NCBI GenBank assembly: GCA_963667035.1
Contig: OY762964.1
Span: forward strand, 1,504,001 to 1,568,000
DNA length: 64,000 bases
DNA from: Candidatus Cloacimonadales bacterium
GTDB lineage: Bacteria > Cloacimonadota > Cloacimonadia > Cloacimonadales > JAFGVF01
Reading direction: 5' to 3'
Position 1 is the stretch's first letter, and each line of letters starts with the position of its first letter. The notes below the pieces were generated by a model. The model made no database searches. It had not been told where the DNA came from and saw nothing but the letters and a program-made list of their open reading frames with translations. The position numbers and the translations under genes are program-made. Of this stretch, positions 41,393 to 50,608 are shown piece after piece.

Positions 41393-43734
41393 AATGTGTT
41401 TAACCTCTGATTCAGTAACTTTGTTTGTTCTTCCCTACTATACTTACTATCTAACTTAGGTGAAAAAACTTCAGCCTGTATTCGTAAAACTAATTTCTTG
41501 AATAAATTCTTTATTACATCAACATCATCAATCGAGCAGATTAAATTATTTCCTGTACTTCTCAGAATTTGGGCTGCCTCTCCTTCCTGAGGAATCATTG
41601 CTAGAATTGGTATTCCTGATCTCAAATACTCAAAGAGTTTTCCAGTTATTACTCCCTTACCGTTTTCATTTGCAATGAATAATAATAATCCGGAAGTTTC
41701 TTCATACTTCTTAATCACTTCCTCATGAGTAACTTGAGGTACAATTTCTAAGATATCAGCAACCTTACTATCTTCAAGACACTCCCTCGCTTCTCTAAAA
41801 TAATTACCTACAAATCTGAATGAGATGTTTGAGAAATCAAATCCTTCATCCCTTAATTCCTTTATAGCTTCTACAAAAAACTTAGGTGTTCTGTTTCGAT
41901 AGAAATTACCTATATAACTTATTACAATAGGCAATTTAGAAGGAGAACGCTTATAGTCAGTAAAGTCACTTTCATCAAAGCCATTATACAAGACATGTAT
42001 CTTAGAGCTTAAATTGCTACCAAATCTATCGCAAAGTTGCTCTTTCATAACATTACCAATAACTGTCACAAGCTTACTATGATTTAATATCTTCTTTTCC
42101 CAATGAACTGATAAAGGTTTTAATAAGCTAATATTATCATCGTATGGATTTATTGTCCAATGGTCTCTGTAATCAACAATTAAAGGGATGTTGCAACTTT
42201 TTGATATGTAATATCCTATTAATCCGGCTGTATATGGTCCCATAGTTGTGAAAATAAATCTATAATTGTTTCTTTTCGCTTCTCTAATACCTTTGAGTAC
42301 AGCCGGAATTAGCCAACCAATCTTATCATCAATAGGGAATAGTTTCTTTATTGCTACTTTAAATCCCTCCGGTATTCGAAAATAGAAGCTATTGTTATCA
42401 GGATTATCTGCTTTTATGGATTTCGTAACTGCCATAGGATCAAATGAGTTAGCTTTAAACACCTGTCTTTCGCTACATTCATTGAGTAAAGTAAGATCTT
42501 GAGAGTGATAAAAAATGCTTTTAACTGTTAGCACATCACAATCCCACCCTAGCTTTGATAAATATTTGATTGTTTTACATGATCTTTGTACTGCAGGTCC
42601 TCCTAATGGAGGGTAAAAATATGAACAAACTAACATCTCATTGTGTTGTTCCAAACTATCGAACATTTCTAAAAGCTTCTTAGACTGATTATTCCAACAT
42701 GCTTTAGTCCTGATAAACTCAATATTCATGATAGATTGATTCTGAATCTGTTCTCTTGTTATTGACAAGATACTTGCAATAGCCTTTGCCAGTGCTTTTG
42801 AGTTGTAATCTATGTAAGTAACTCCTCCCTTAAGCTCAGAGAGAAAGTTCTTTTGGAAAGTAAAATCATTAGTTATCACGTAAAGTCCGTTAGCAAGGTA
42901 TTCTAAAGTCTTTAAGGGTATTGCTTTTTCAAAACGCTTTATCTTTGGATTTAACACTGAAATTCCAATTTTAGAAGTTGAAATATATCTTTGTGCTTCA
43001 TTTACTGAAACTTCAGGCTTGATTTGAACATTATCTACCAGTTCATGTTCAAGCACAAGTTGCTGAAGTTCAACCAACAAATCATTTTTAACACGTCCAA
43101 GTATCAAGACTCTAATGTTTGGGAAAGCACTCTTTAACATGGAGGTAGCAATGATGAGTTTAGTGACTCCGCGATCTTTAACTATTCCACCGGCATAAAT
43201 TACATCATACTCATATTCGAGAGCACTCATTTTAGATATTACTGTAGGGTAATTTGATACAACTCTAACATTGTTATGCTTTTTGAATCTTTCTTTTAAT
43301 AGAGAATTAACAACTAAAATCCCTGTAGCCCTTTTCACAAGAAAGTCTTCCACTGTCTTGTATGCTTTTTCAGCAATAAGGGAGACAATTCCTTTGTATC
43401 TTTCAGCAAAAGCCTCAGCAAAGAATTCATGACAGTCGTAAAATAATTTCAGCTTAGTCTTTCTTTTCAACAATATCCCGACAATTAATGTTAATGGCTC
43501 AACACAGATCAAGACATCGGGTTTGTAACTATTAGCAAATTTATAAAGCTCAATCAGATTATCCAGAGTATCCAGTTCTTGTCTTCTCACAAAATTAACA
43601 GGGGAATCCTCAACAGCGTTACCTTTGAATCCTATTATTGTTACTTCATTGTGGCTTGCCAGTGTTAGACCTATCTTCCAATAAAGTCTTGTATCATCAA
43701 TTCTATGAGAATTAGTTATAATTGCTATCTTCAT
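41389..43734 (-). CDS. double (fused) GT4-type glycosyltransferase
   Basis: Two GT-B units: YDCHE...PLKTLEYLA.G and YFYPP.GG...DYRD.W...GKLFEYLRSG.P. Confidence 0.8.
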   Translation of the reverse strand: MKIAIITNSHRIDDTRLYWKIGLTLASHNEVTIIGFKGNAVEDSPVNFVRRQELDTLDNLIELYKFANSYKPDVLICVEPLTLIVGILLKRKTKLKLFYDCHEFFAEAFAERYKGIVSLIAEKAYKTVEDFLVKRATGILVVNSLLKERFKKHNNVRVVSNYPTVISKMSALEYEYDVIYAGGIVKDRGVTKLIIATSMLKSAFPNIRVLILGRVKNDLLVELQQLVLEHELVDNVQIKPEVSVNEAQRYISTSKIGISVLNPKIKRFEKAIPLKTLEYLANGLYVITNDFTFQKNFLSELKGGVTYIDYNSKALAKAIASILSITREQIQNQSIMNIEFIRTKACWNNQSKKLLEMFDSLEQHNEMLVCSYFYPPLGGPAVQRSCKTIKYLSKLGWDCDVLTVKSIFYHSQDLTLLNECSERQVFKANSFDPMAVTKSIKADNPDNNSFYFRIPEGFKVAIKKLFPIDDKIGWLIPAVLKGIREAKRNNYRFIFTTMGPYTAGLIGYYISKSCNIPLIVDYRDHWTINPYDDNISLLKPLSVHWEKKILNHSKLVTVIGNVMKEQLCDRFGSNLSSKIHVLYNGFDESDFTDYKRSPSKLPIVISYIGNFYRNRTPKFFVEAIKELRDEGFDFSNISFRFVGNYFREARECLEDSKVADILEIVPQVTHEEVIKKYEETSGLLLFIANENGKGVITGKLFEYLRSGIPILAMIPQEGEAAQILRSTGNNLICSIDDVDVIKNLFKKLVLRIQAEVFSPKLDSKYSREEQTKLLNQRLNTL

Positions 43735-43735
43735 A

Positions 43736-45394
43736 TCACTTCTTTGCAGAGAATTTTACAATCAATTCTGACCCACTAGTAACATTGGTACACTCAATCT
43801 TATTACCATTTATCTTAACTTCGGCTCCCGTAATTTCGGAAATTCTTTTATCGCCTACTATAGAAAATGTTATATTCTTAAAATCCTCCTGGAAGGTAAT
43901 TGACAAATCATATTCTTCTTCAAAAGCTATTACATCAGATCTTGATTTCCACCAGTTATTTATATCATAGAGAGTTCCAATAAAGACATTATCATCTTTA
44001 ATCTTCTCAAAAATATAGCTTGTAAGTTTGCTCTGATAATATGTCTCGAAATAGTTTGATAGCTTTAAATCCAAGCATAATAATCCGTGATATTTTTTAA
44101 CATCGTCCAAGACTTCTTTAAAGGCTACTTTTGCCTGTTTAAACATTATTGCTTTGTATTTTTCAATCCTAAGAGCGCTATCGTTACAATTCACAGGATA
44201 AGTATAGTTCTCTGATCTGAATTTGGAAGTAATAGGCTTGAAGGGATGAACAAACCCATTAAAGAAACCGAATTTTCTTTTGAAGGAATAAGAACTATCA
44301 TAGCTCAGATTTGCTCTTTCGGCTCTTGAAAGTGAAGAAGAATTGCTCATATAATCGTCATTTCTAACTCCTGAGCCCTTTCCTGACGCAATCTTTAACC
44401 TCTTCTCATTCTGAAAGAGTTTCTCAATGGTCTCTTGTTCAGGAAATGAATATAAAGCTATGTCATGTCCGGATTTTGACAATGTAATGATTACATTTTG
44501 AAGATCCTTATCCAGAAAATTATAATCAGTTAAATCACTTTCATTAACTGCAAAGAACCAACTTGACTTTAGAGTATAATCATCTTCCAGTTTGGAATAT
44601 TCAGGAAATGACCAATATTGTTCCACCCCTCTAAACATATAGTTTAACATGCTCCCAAATTGTCTGAGGAAAGCAGGCAATCTTAATGTCACCAATAATA
44701 CGAATATGTCTAAAAGCGAGTGGAATATCTTACCCCAAGTCCACTTATTAAGTTTGTCGACCGTATGAGTAACTGCAAAGGCATAATTCTGGGATTTGGG
44801 CCACATCTCTTTCTTAATCAGATAAAAGCCTTTAGCTTTTAAAATGGATTCCAGAACCCAATCAAAGGCTGTTAAATACTCAGCAACAAAGGCATGGTCA
44901 AAGTCTTTATAAAAAAAGCTTTTATTTTCAGGAAACTTGCCACCCCCATCAGCTCGAATCTCCCCTTCCAAATTGGACAAGAAAAACATGATATTGCCTA
45001 GTAAATCAAAGTTGTATTTAGCTGTTACAATATGTTCATTGCTCATTATTGTCACAGGTTCTTTTATCTTTTTATTATGCAAAACAGGTACTTCCGAACC
45101 AATATTTATGTATTGTTTAAAGCTTTCTATACGACCTTTCTTAATTTTATCAAGATTGTATATTTCTTCGCAGAAAGGCATAAGAATGACAGGATGCTTG
45201 AGAGCAAAGGAAATGAATAATTCATTTGAAGGTGTTTTAGGGGAATAATAAAGCAACGTATCTGTGATAATTAAACTATCAAAATCATAGATAATTCTGA
45301 ATTGATACCCTAAAGTATCAAGTAAAAATTCTATTGCAGCATTAATACTAGTATTATGCTTTGATAGTTCAGGATCGATGTAAATAGCTATCAT
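43736..45394 (-). CDS. polysaccharide deacetylase-like protein
   Basis: FAVTHTVD, SSWFF, YDSS..F....GF..G...PF pattern; located in a glycan operon; motifs degenerate. Confidence 0.55.
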   Translation of the reverse strand: MIAIYIDPELSKHNTSINAAIEFLLDTLGYQFRIIYDFDSLIITDTLLYYSPKTPSNELFISFALKHPVILMPFCEEIYNLDKIKKGRIESFKQYINIGSEVPVLHNKKIKEPVTIMSNEHIVTAKYNFDLLGNIMFFLSNLEGEIRADGGGKFPENKSFFYKDFDHAFVAEYLTAFDWVLESILKAKGFYLIKKEMWPKSQNYAFAVTHTVDKLNKWTWGKIFHSLLDIFVLLVTLRLPAFLRQFGSMLNYMFRGVEQYWSFPEYSKLEDDYTLKSSWFFAVNESDLTDYNFLDKDLQNVIITLSKSGHDIALYSFPEQETIEKLFQNEKRLKIASGKGSGVRNDDYMSNSSSLSRAERANLSYDSSYSFKRKFGFFNGFVHPFKPITSKFRSENYTYPVNCNDSALRIEKYKAIMFKQAKVAFKEVLDDVKKYHGLLCLDLKLSNYFETYYQSKLTSYIFEKIKDDNVFIGTLYDINNWWKSRSDVIAFEEEYDLSITFQEDFKNITFSIVGDKRISEITGAEVKINGNKIECTNVTSGSELIVKFSAKK

Positions 45395-45580
45395 TGCTTT
45401 CCCTTATATAGTTAATCATAAGTGTCATCACTTTTCAGATAACATTTAACAACACCTTGCTAACAGTCAAGATTTTGTTCTTGAATTAGCACTATAAACA
45501 ATCTAGTTTGACTATCGGTCAAACCTGACACGGTAAAATAAAAAACAGTTAACAAAGATTGTCTTTAGAATAACAATAGC

Positions 45581-46870
45581 TTATAGAACATTCCTTTCAA
45601 AGAATTGACCATTACATACTTGCTTAACATCGTCATCATAAGAATGAACTCTCTCTCCTCTTACAAAAGTATGAGCAACACAACAGTTCATCTTATAACC
45701 ATGATAATTTGAGTCCTTATCATCAACAACATAAGAAACATTAGGATCTAAAATGAAGAAATCCGCATCTGCACCTTTTTCTATACTTCCCTTTCTAGGG
45801 AATATATTCAAAGTACGAGCGATATTCTCCGAAGTTAAATTTATAAATTGGCTCATTTGTGCCTTAGGATTTGAAAAGAATTCCGTGTATAGGAATGGGA
45901 TATGATAAGGATAATCCGCAGGATTACTCTCAGGTAAATCAGAATTATATATCATATTCTTATCTTTAAAACCGTAATGAGTCGCTAAAATACTTGCTCG
46001 ACAGAACTTAAACATATCTTTCAAATTGTTTCTTTCTTCATTTCTTTTCTGGTAAGAACGAGCAAATATCGCAGATACCAGTTTATCTTTATGAAGTTTT
46101 ATAAAGTATTCAGGTCTTAAATCAAAGCTGATGTCAAAACGTTTTTGAGCGGAAATTAAATAGTTTATCGCTTTGAATGTGGACATGTTTGTAAAGTGAA
46201 TCGGATTGTCTAAAGATCTTCTGACAATTTTTGTTAAGGCATCAAGCTGATGATTGGATAAAGTTTCCTCATCCAATGTTTCTTCTAACTCAGATATAGT
46301 TTGATAATCTAATGCACTGATAGATACAACCATTTCTTTATCAGGAATATCCGAGAATAAGTCATTTATTTCCTCATAAGTGAAATATTCCAAATCAGTA
46401 TTATCAGTTAATGTGTAAATCTGAAATCCGATAGCACCTTTATCCCAAATCTCTTCCATATCTTCAAAATAGTAGGGAGCTTCAGCAGGGTCAATTTTAG
46501 CCCAAAGTGCTCTATTTATAGGTAATTTCTTGAATTTGTCTCTTGAATCACAATACTGTTCCGAAGTAATGATTGCTTCATCATCACTTACAGGAGAATC
46601 AATCACTGAAGTAAACCCGCCCTTAACGGCTAAAGAGCTCATCTCTTCAACACAATCTTCGTCTCCGTCAACACTTGTAAAATGAACTTGTGCGTCAATT
46701 GCTCCGGGAAGTAGATACATTCCTTCTGCATCGATAATTTCATCGATTTGTTCATCTTCAATTTCTTCATTAGTAATCTTGACAACCTTGTCATCAAAGA
46801 GCACATTACAGGGTTTGAGTTTCTTATTGCTTTTGGGCAAGTAGACATTTCTTATTAGTTTCATTACCAC
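45581..46870 (-). CDS. amidohydrolase/dihydroorotase-like protein with degenerate metal ligands
   Basis: IDAEG..LLPGAID, GGFTSVID.P, KGSIEKGADADF and TFVRGE scaffold motifs. Confidence 0.7.
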   Translation of the reverse strand: MVMKLIRNVYLPKSNKKLKPCNVLFDDKVVKITNEEIEDEQIDEIIDAEGMYLLPGAIDAQVHFTSVDGDEDCVEEMSSLAVKGGFTSVIDSPVSDDEAIITSEQYCDSRDKFKKLPINRALWAKIDPAEAPYYFEDMEEIWDKGAIGFQIYTLTDNTDLEYFTYEEINDLFSDIPDKEMVVSISALDYQTISELEETLDEETLSNHQLDALTKIVRRSLDNPIHFTNMSTFKAINYLISAQKRFDISFDLRPEYFIKLHKDKLVSAIFARSYQKRNEERNNLKDMFKFCRASILATHYGFKDKNMIYNSDLPESNPADYPYHIPFLYTEFFSNPKAQMSQFINLTSENIARTLNIFPRKGSIEKGADADFFILDPNVSYVVDDKDSNYHGYKMNCCVAHTFVRGERVHSYDDDVKQVCNGQFFERNVL

Positions 46871-47005
46871 GGCCTATTTATTATTGGAAGTATGTAATCT
46901 TCGTTAGACAATTATACAAAATCACAAAATCCTGTCAATGGTTAACATGCTAGGTATGGTATTTTTCTCAATTTGTTATGATTTTACTTCGCTTGATTGA
47001 TACGC

Positions 47006-47743
47006 TTATTGCTTGATGTATCTTGCATTAACTTGATTAATGGCTTGAGATACTTCCTCAAAAGTTGGAGAGTCAAGATATAGATAATTGTAGCCAATTC
47101 CAACCTGATTTAGGTAATGTGAGTCGGAATTACGGATAAGTTGATACTCTTTTGTAAATGGATAGCTTTCGAAAAGTCTGTCTGTTTTGCACTTTGCACT
47201 TATTCCTAAAGTACGAAAGTTAAGATTAGGCGGAACAAATCCAAGCTGTCCGAGTAAGGAATATGTTGTTGCATCTACATGAGCCGGGAAACATACTCCT
47301 CCAAAGCTTCTGATATTTTCGACTGCTTCATCAAATGACCACATGGAAGAATTAATCAGAGCTCTATCTTCAATACCGATTATGTTCTCCTCGGAATCAA
47401 TAATCACTTGATCACCAAAGAAATCGGGATTGTTCTCAATTGGAAGAAGCGACTGATAAATCTGTTCATCGAATTGCATTCCAATCTCTAAGCTTGGAAA
47501 CAAGCCAATCAGATGAATTTCTTCTGCTGTTTGAACTTCAACTCCCGCCAGAACTTTAATCCCGGCCTTCTCCCCTACCATAATATAGGCTTCGCAATTC
47601 TTTAATGAATTATGATCTGTTATTGCAATAATCTCCAGTCCTGCCTCAGCAGCCTTTGCAATCAGAGCACCGGGAGCCATCTCCAAATCCCCGCAGGGAG
47701 AAAGGACAGTATGCAGGTGTAAATCTGCCTTGTAGAATCTCAT
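47006..47743 (-). CDS. PHP-domain phosphoesterase
   Basis: DLHLHT.LSPC, AITDHN, PAHVD and NSDSH motifs. Confidence 0.9.
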   Translation of the reverse strand: MRFYKADLHLHTVLSPCGDLEMAPGALIAKAAEAGLEIIAITDHNSLKNCEAYIMVGEKAGIKVLAGVEVQTAEEIHLIGLFPSLEIGMQFDEQIYQSLLPIENNPDFFGDQVIIDSEENIIGIEDRALINSSMWSFDEAVENIRSFGGVCFPAHVDATTYSLLGQLGFVPPNLNFRTLGISAKCKTDRLFESYPFTKEYQLIRNSDSHYLNQVGIGYNYLYLDSPTFEEVSQAINQVNARYIKQ

Positions 47744-48087
47744 TAACTATTCAGAAGAGTATAAATCTGTCCTGATAATTCGAAAACGGTTAATGGGCTT
47801 GTTAAAAGGATAATACCTTCTTCTCTAGCTTTATCAATAACCGACTGCTCTGGAATAATATCCTTAGCAAAAACAATTACAGGTACACCTGTCATAGAAG
47901 CAACTGCAATAGTATTTAGATGTCTCATTATAGTAATCCAGATTTGATTTTCTTTAGCTGAACCCATAACATCGGATAAAAGATCAGACACATAACCACT
48001 TTCGATTTCTACATTTGAGGTATCTAAATCAGGAGTTAAGTTTGTTACTTGTATTTTGTTTATAATATTTTCAACTTTAATAGCCAT
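47743..48087 (-). CDS. DRTGG / HPr-kinase N-terminal-like domain protein
   Basis: GYVSDLLSDVM, IWIT...H.N.IAVA pattern. Confidence 0.75.
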   Translation of the reverse strand: MAIKVENIINKIQVTNLTPDLDTSNVEIESGYVSDLLSDVMGSAKENQIWITIMRHLNTIAVASMTGVPVIVFAKDIIPEQSVIDKAREEGIILLTSPLTVFELSGQIYTLLNS

Positions 48088-49352
48088 TATTCTTCCTTTG
48101 TTTGCTTGTATAATATAATACAGTCATCTACTGTAGCTTTTCCTTGAACAATATCCTCCGCCAGACTCTCACAATTCGGAGATCCGCAAGCAGAACAATT
48201 CAGTCCCGGAAGCTCGGTCAATATCTCATTTATCTTTCTCATTTTTACTAGAGCAGCCTTAATATCATGATCCAGCTTCATCATTGATCTTTGTTTCAAT
48301 GGTTCAACGTCAAACTCACCTTTTTCAAGCAATTCTCTAAATCCTGATTCATCAATAGGATGATGTTCAGCTTCTTTAGAGAGTTTCTTGATTCTGCTCA
48401 TGGCAACAAAAGGATTCTCGACATTTAATGGACCACCAACACAACCGTTTTTGCAATTTCTAACAACAATATAGTCATACTGATCAAGATAGTGATCTTC
48501 TACTTTAGAGAGAACATCCTTCACATTCTCAATACCGTTAACCGAGAGAGTTCTGATATCTTCGCAATCCACCATATCAGCTTCAACACCCGAAAGAGTC
48601 CAGGCAAGTCCGGATTCATATGTTTCGAAATCTATATCAAGTTCAACCCCTGAATTAAGGATTTGTTTAACTTCATTATAGACATCGGTAATTGAAAAGG
48701 CGGCATCGTATAGTTTTTTCCTTGATCCTTCAGGCTGATGAGTTGCTGTTACATCAGCTAGACACGGTACAATATTAAAGATACCAATGGAATCGGGATC
48801 AATATCAAGTTCCTTTATCACCTTTTCTTTGCAATAGTTAGCCAGTATTCCCATTGGTGATTCCAATAACAATAAGTTTGGAAGTAACGAAGGGAATCTC
48901 ACTTGGATCAATCTGACTACAGCCGGGCAATTACTTGAGAGTATAGGTCTTATATGCTTATTCTTTCGTACGTAATCACGAATCAATTTAACCATAAAAT
49001 CCGTAACCATACTCTCTTCAATCACCATATCAAAACCAAGTTTCTTTACTGCCGCCAGAATCTCTTTGTAAGAGATATTAGCTGAAAATTGACCGGCAAA
49101 AGCTGAAGTTACGATTGCTATTCTATATTCAAATTCTTTTAATACTTTCAATTTATCCGGTTTAGGTATTAATGCATGGAATTTGCATGCAGTTATACAA
49201 TCACCGCAATCAATACATCTATTTGCATCGATTACCACTTTCCCATGCCTTACACGCATTGCTTCTGTCGGACAAACGCGCACACATGCCGTACAACCGG
49301 TACATCTTTCTCTTACTACCTCAAAACCGTGATAGTATCTTTTATCTTCCAT
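48087..49352 (-). CDS. [FeFe]-hydrogenase-like Fe-S protein (putative regulatory type)
   Basis: Two N-terminal 4Fe-4S motifs, SSNCPAVV, VPC, C.NGCVGG and C-terminal LPGLNCSACGSPNC..LAEDIV. Confidence 0.82.
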   Translation of the reverse strand: MEDKRYYHGFEVVRERCTGCTACVRVCPTEAMRVRHGKVVIDANRCIDCGDCITACKFHALIPKPDKLKVLKEFEYRIAIVTSAFAGQFSANISYKEILAAVKKLGFDMVIEESMVTDFMVKLIRDYVRKNKHIRPILSSNCPAVVRLIQVRFPSLLPNLLLLESPMGILANYCKEKVIKELDIDPDSIGIFNIVPCLADVTATHQPEGSRKKLYDAAFSITDVYNEVKQILNSGVELDIDFETYESGLAWTLSGVEADMVDCEDIRTLSVNGIENVKDVLSKVEDHYLDQYDYIVVRNCKNGCVGGPLNVENPFVAMSRIKKLSKEAEHHPIDESGFRELLEKGEFDVEPLKQRSMMKLDHDIKAALVKMRKINEILTELPGLNCSACGSPNCESLAEDIVQGKATVDDCIILYKQTKEE

Positions 49353-49360
49353 ATTTACCT

Positions 49361-49855
49361 TCAACTTTGAAAGAATATTATTACATCTAACCTTGTTTGG
49401 GAATCTTTTTCGGAGTTAAGCCTCATTATATCAGAGTTTCTTTCTATATTTGGTAAGCCCAGTCCTGCCCCGAATCCCATTTCTCTAACCAATTCAATAG
49501 CTGTAGAGAACCCAGGAGTCATGGCTTTTGATAGATCTTCTATTCCCGGTCCCCTATCTTCAAATACAATATGAACATAGTCAGGATAGATATTACTTAT
49601 CATTGTTCCGCCATGTGAATGAGCAGCAATATTGATTTCAGCTTCATAAGCCGCTACAGCTACTTTTCTCATAATCGCAGGATCTACACCTAATCTTTTT
49701 ATAGTTAACTTAAGCTCGGCTGAGCCCTTACCCGAGTTAACGAAATCATGCTCAAGAATATCAAACTCAAGGGTTATTTCAGGTGTTTTATCATTTGAGA
49801 AAACTTCATTTTCTCGATTATTATATTCCGGATTTACTTTTAAATATTCTGCCAT
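49361..49855 (-). CDS. anti-sigma-factor-type Ser/Thr kinase (RsbT-like HATPase)
   Basis: YEAEIN...H, D.GPGI.D...AM..GFSTA and GFGAGLGLPN motifs. Confidence 0.85.
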   Translation of the reverse strand: MAEYLKVNPEYNNRENEVFSNDKTPEITLEFDILEHDFVNSGKGSAELKLTIKRLGVDPAIMRKVAVAAYEAEINIAAHSHGGTMISNIYPDYVHIVFEDRGPGIEDLSKAMTPGFSTAIELVREMGFGAGLGLPNIERNSDIMRLNSEKDSQTRLDVIIFFQS

Positions 49856-49859
49856 AATT

Positions 49860-50210
49860 CTACTTTATTTTGCAACTTCTGAGCCCATTATTAAATAGAA
49901 CTCCACTCGCCATAAACATTGTATACTGAGTCGAAATAAGGGGTAATTCCCTTTCATTTGCCATCTCAATAAGTTCGTCAGTAGGACGCTTTCCTCTAAC
50001 AAAAACTATACCGGATAAATCAATCATATCGGATAATCTGATAACCTGTGGATTAGTTAAACCGGTTAATATAAGCGTTGATTCTTGGGTACACATCAGA
50101 ATATCACTAATCAAATCGCAACTAAAAGCACATGGTACTTCAGTATCAAGATTAGCAGATGGAGTCAATACTTCAGCATCAAGTATTGATACGAGTTCTC
50201 TCAGAGTCAT
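49860..50210 (-). CDS. DRTGG-domain protein
   Basis: CDLISDIL, LTGL.NPQVIR and IVFVRGK.P motifs. Confidence 0.8.
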   Translation of the reverse strand: MTLRELVSILDAEVLTPSANLDTEVPCAFSCDLISDILMCTQESTLILTGLTNPQVIRLSDMIDLSGIVFVRGKRPTDELIEMANERELPLISTQYTMFMASGVLFNNGLRSCKIK

Positions 50211-50608
50211 ATTTACCTCTATTTATCTTTTATTTTATAAATACATCTTCTATGAGAAACAAACTATAAACCTCCATTTTCGAGTCAATAAAAAGGTTTT
50301 AGTTTACATCTGTGTGTAGTTTACTCATCTCATTTTTGGATTGAAGACGTTTTTACCAACTCATCTATTTTCATGTCAATAGCAAAATTGTTTTAGATTA
50401 ATTTTCTTCTCATTCGCCATAAATATCTCTCTTTAAGATACTTTAAAGGGTTACTTCCCATGTAGTGCAAGTGTCATCACTTGCACATAGCTCGGAGAGC
50501 TATAATTGTGAATATCTTCAAGTAAGGTTTGACTACCGGATTCCTGTCAGTGTAACTTACTGGCGATGTCAGAGCACATAAGACTAGTACGTTTGGATCA
50601 AGTTGCAG

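Noticed and set aside
45503..45529. Hairpin GTTTGAC-TATCG-GTCAAAC, and the near-palindrome AGCTGTCAGTACTAACAGCT at 5756-5775
   Set aside because: Single occurrences; cannot distinguish terminator, operator or REP remnant from the sequence alone.
48087..49352. Calling this a catalytic [FeFe]-hydrogenase (hydA)
   Set aside because: The H-cluster motifs are degenerate (no TSCCP; L2 Lys absent) and the context is regulatory.
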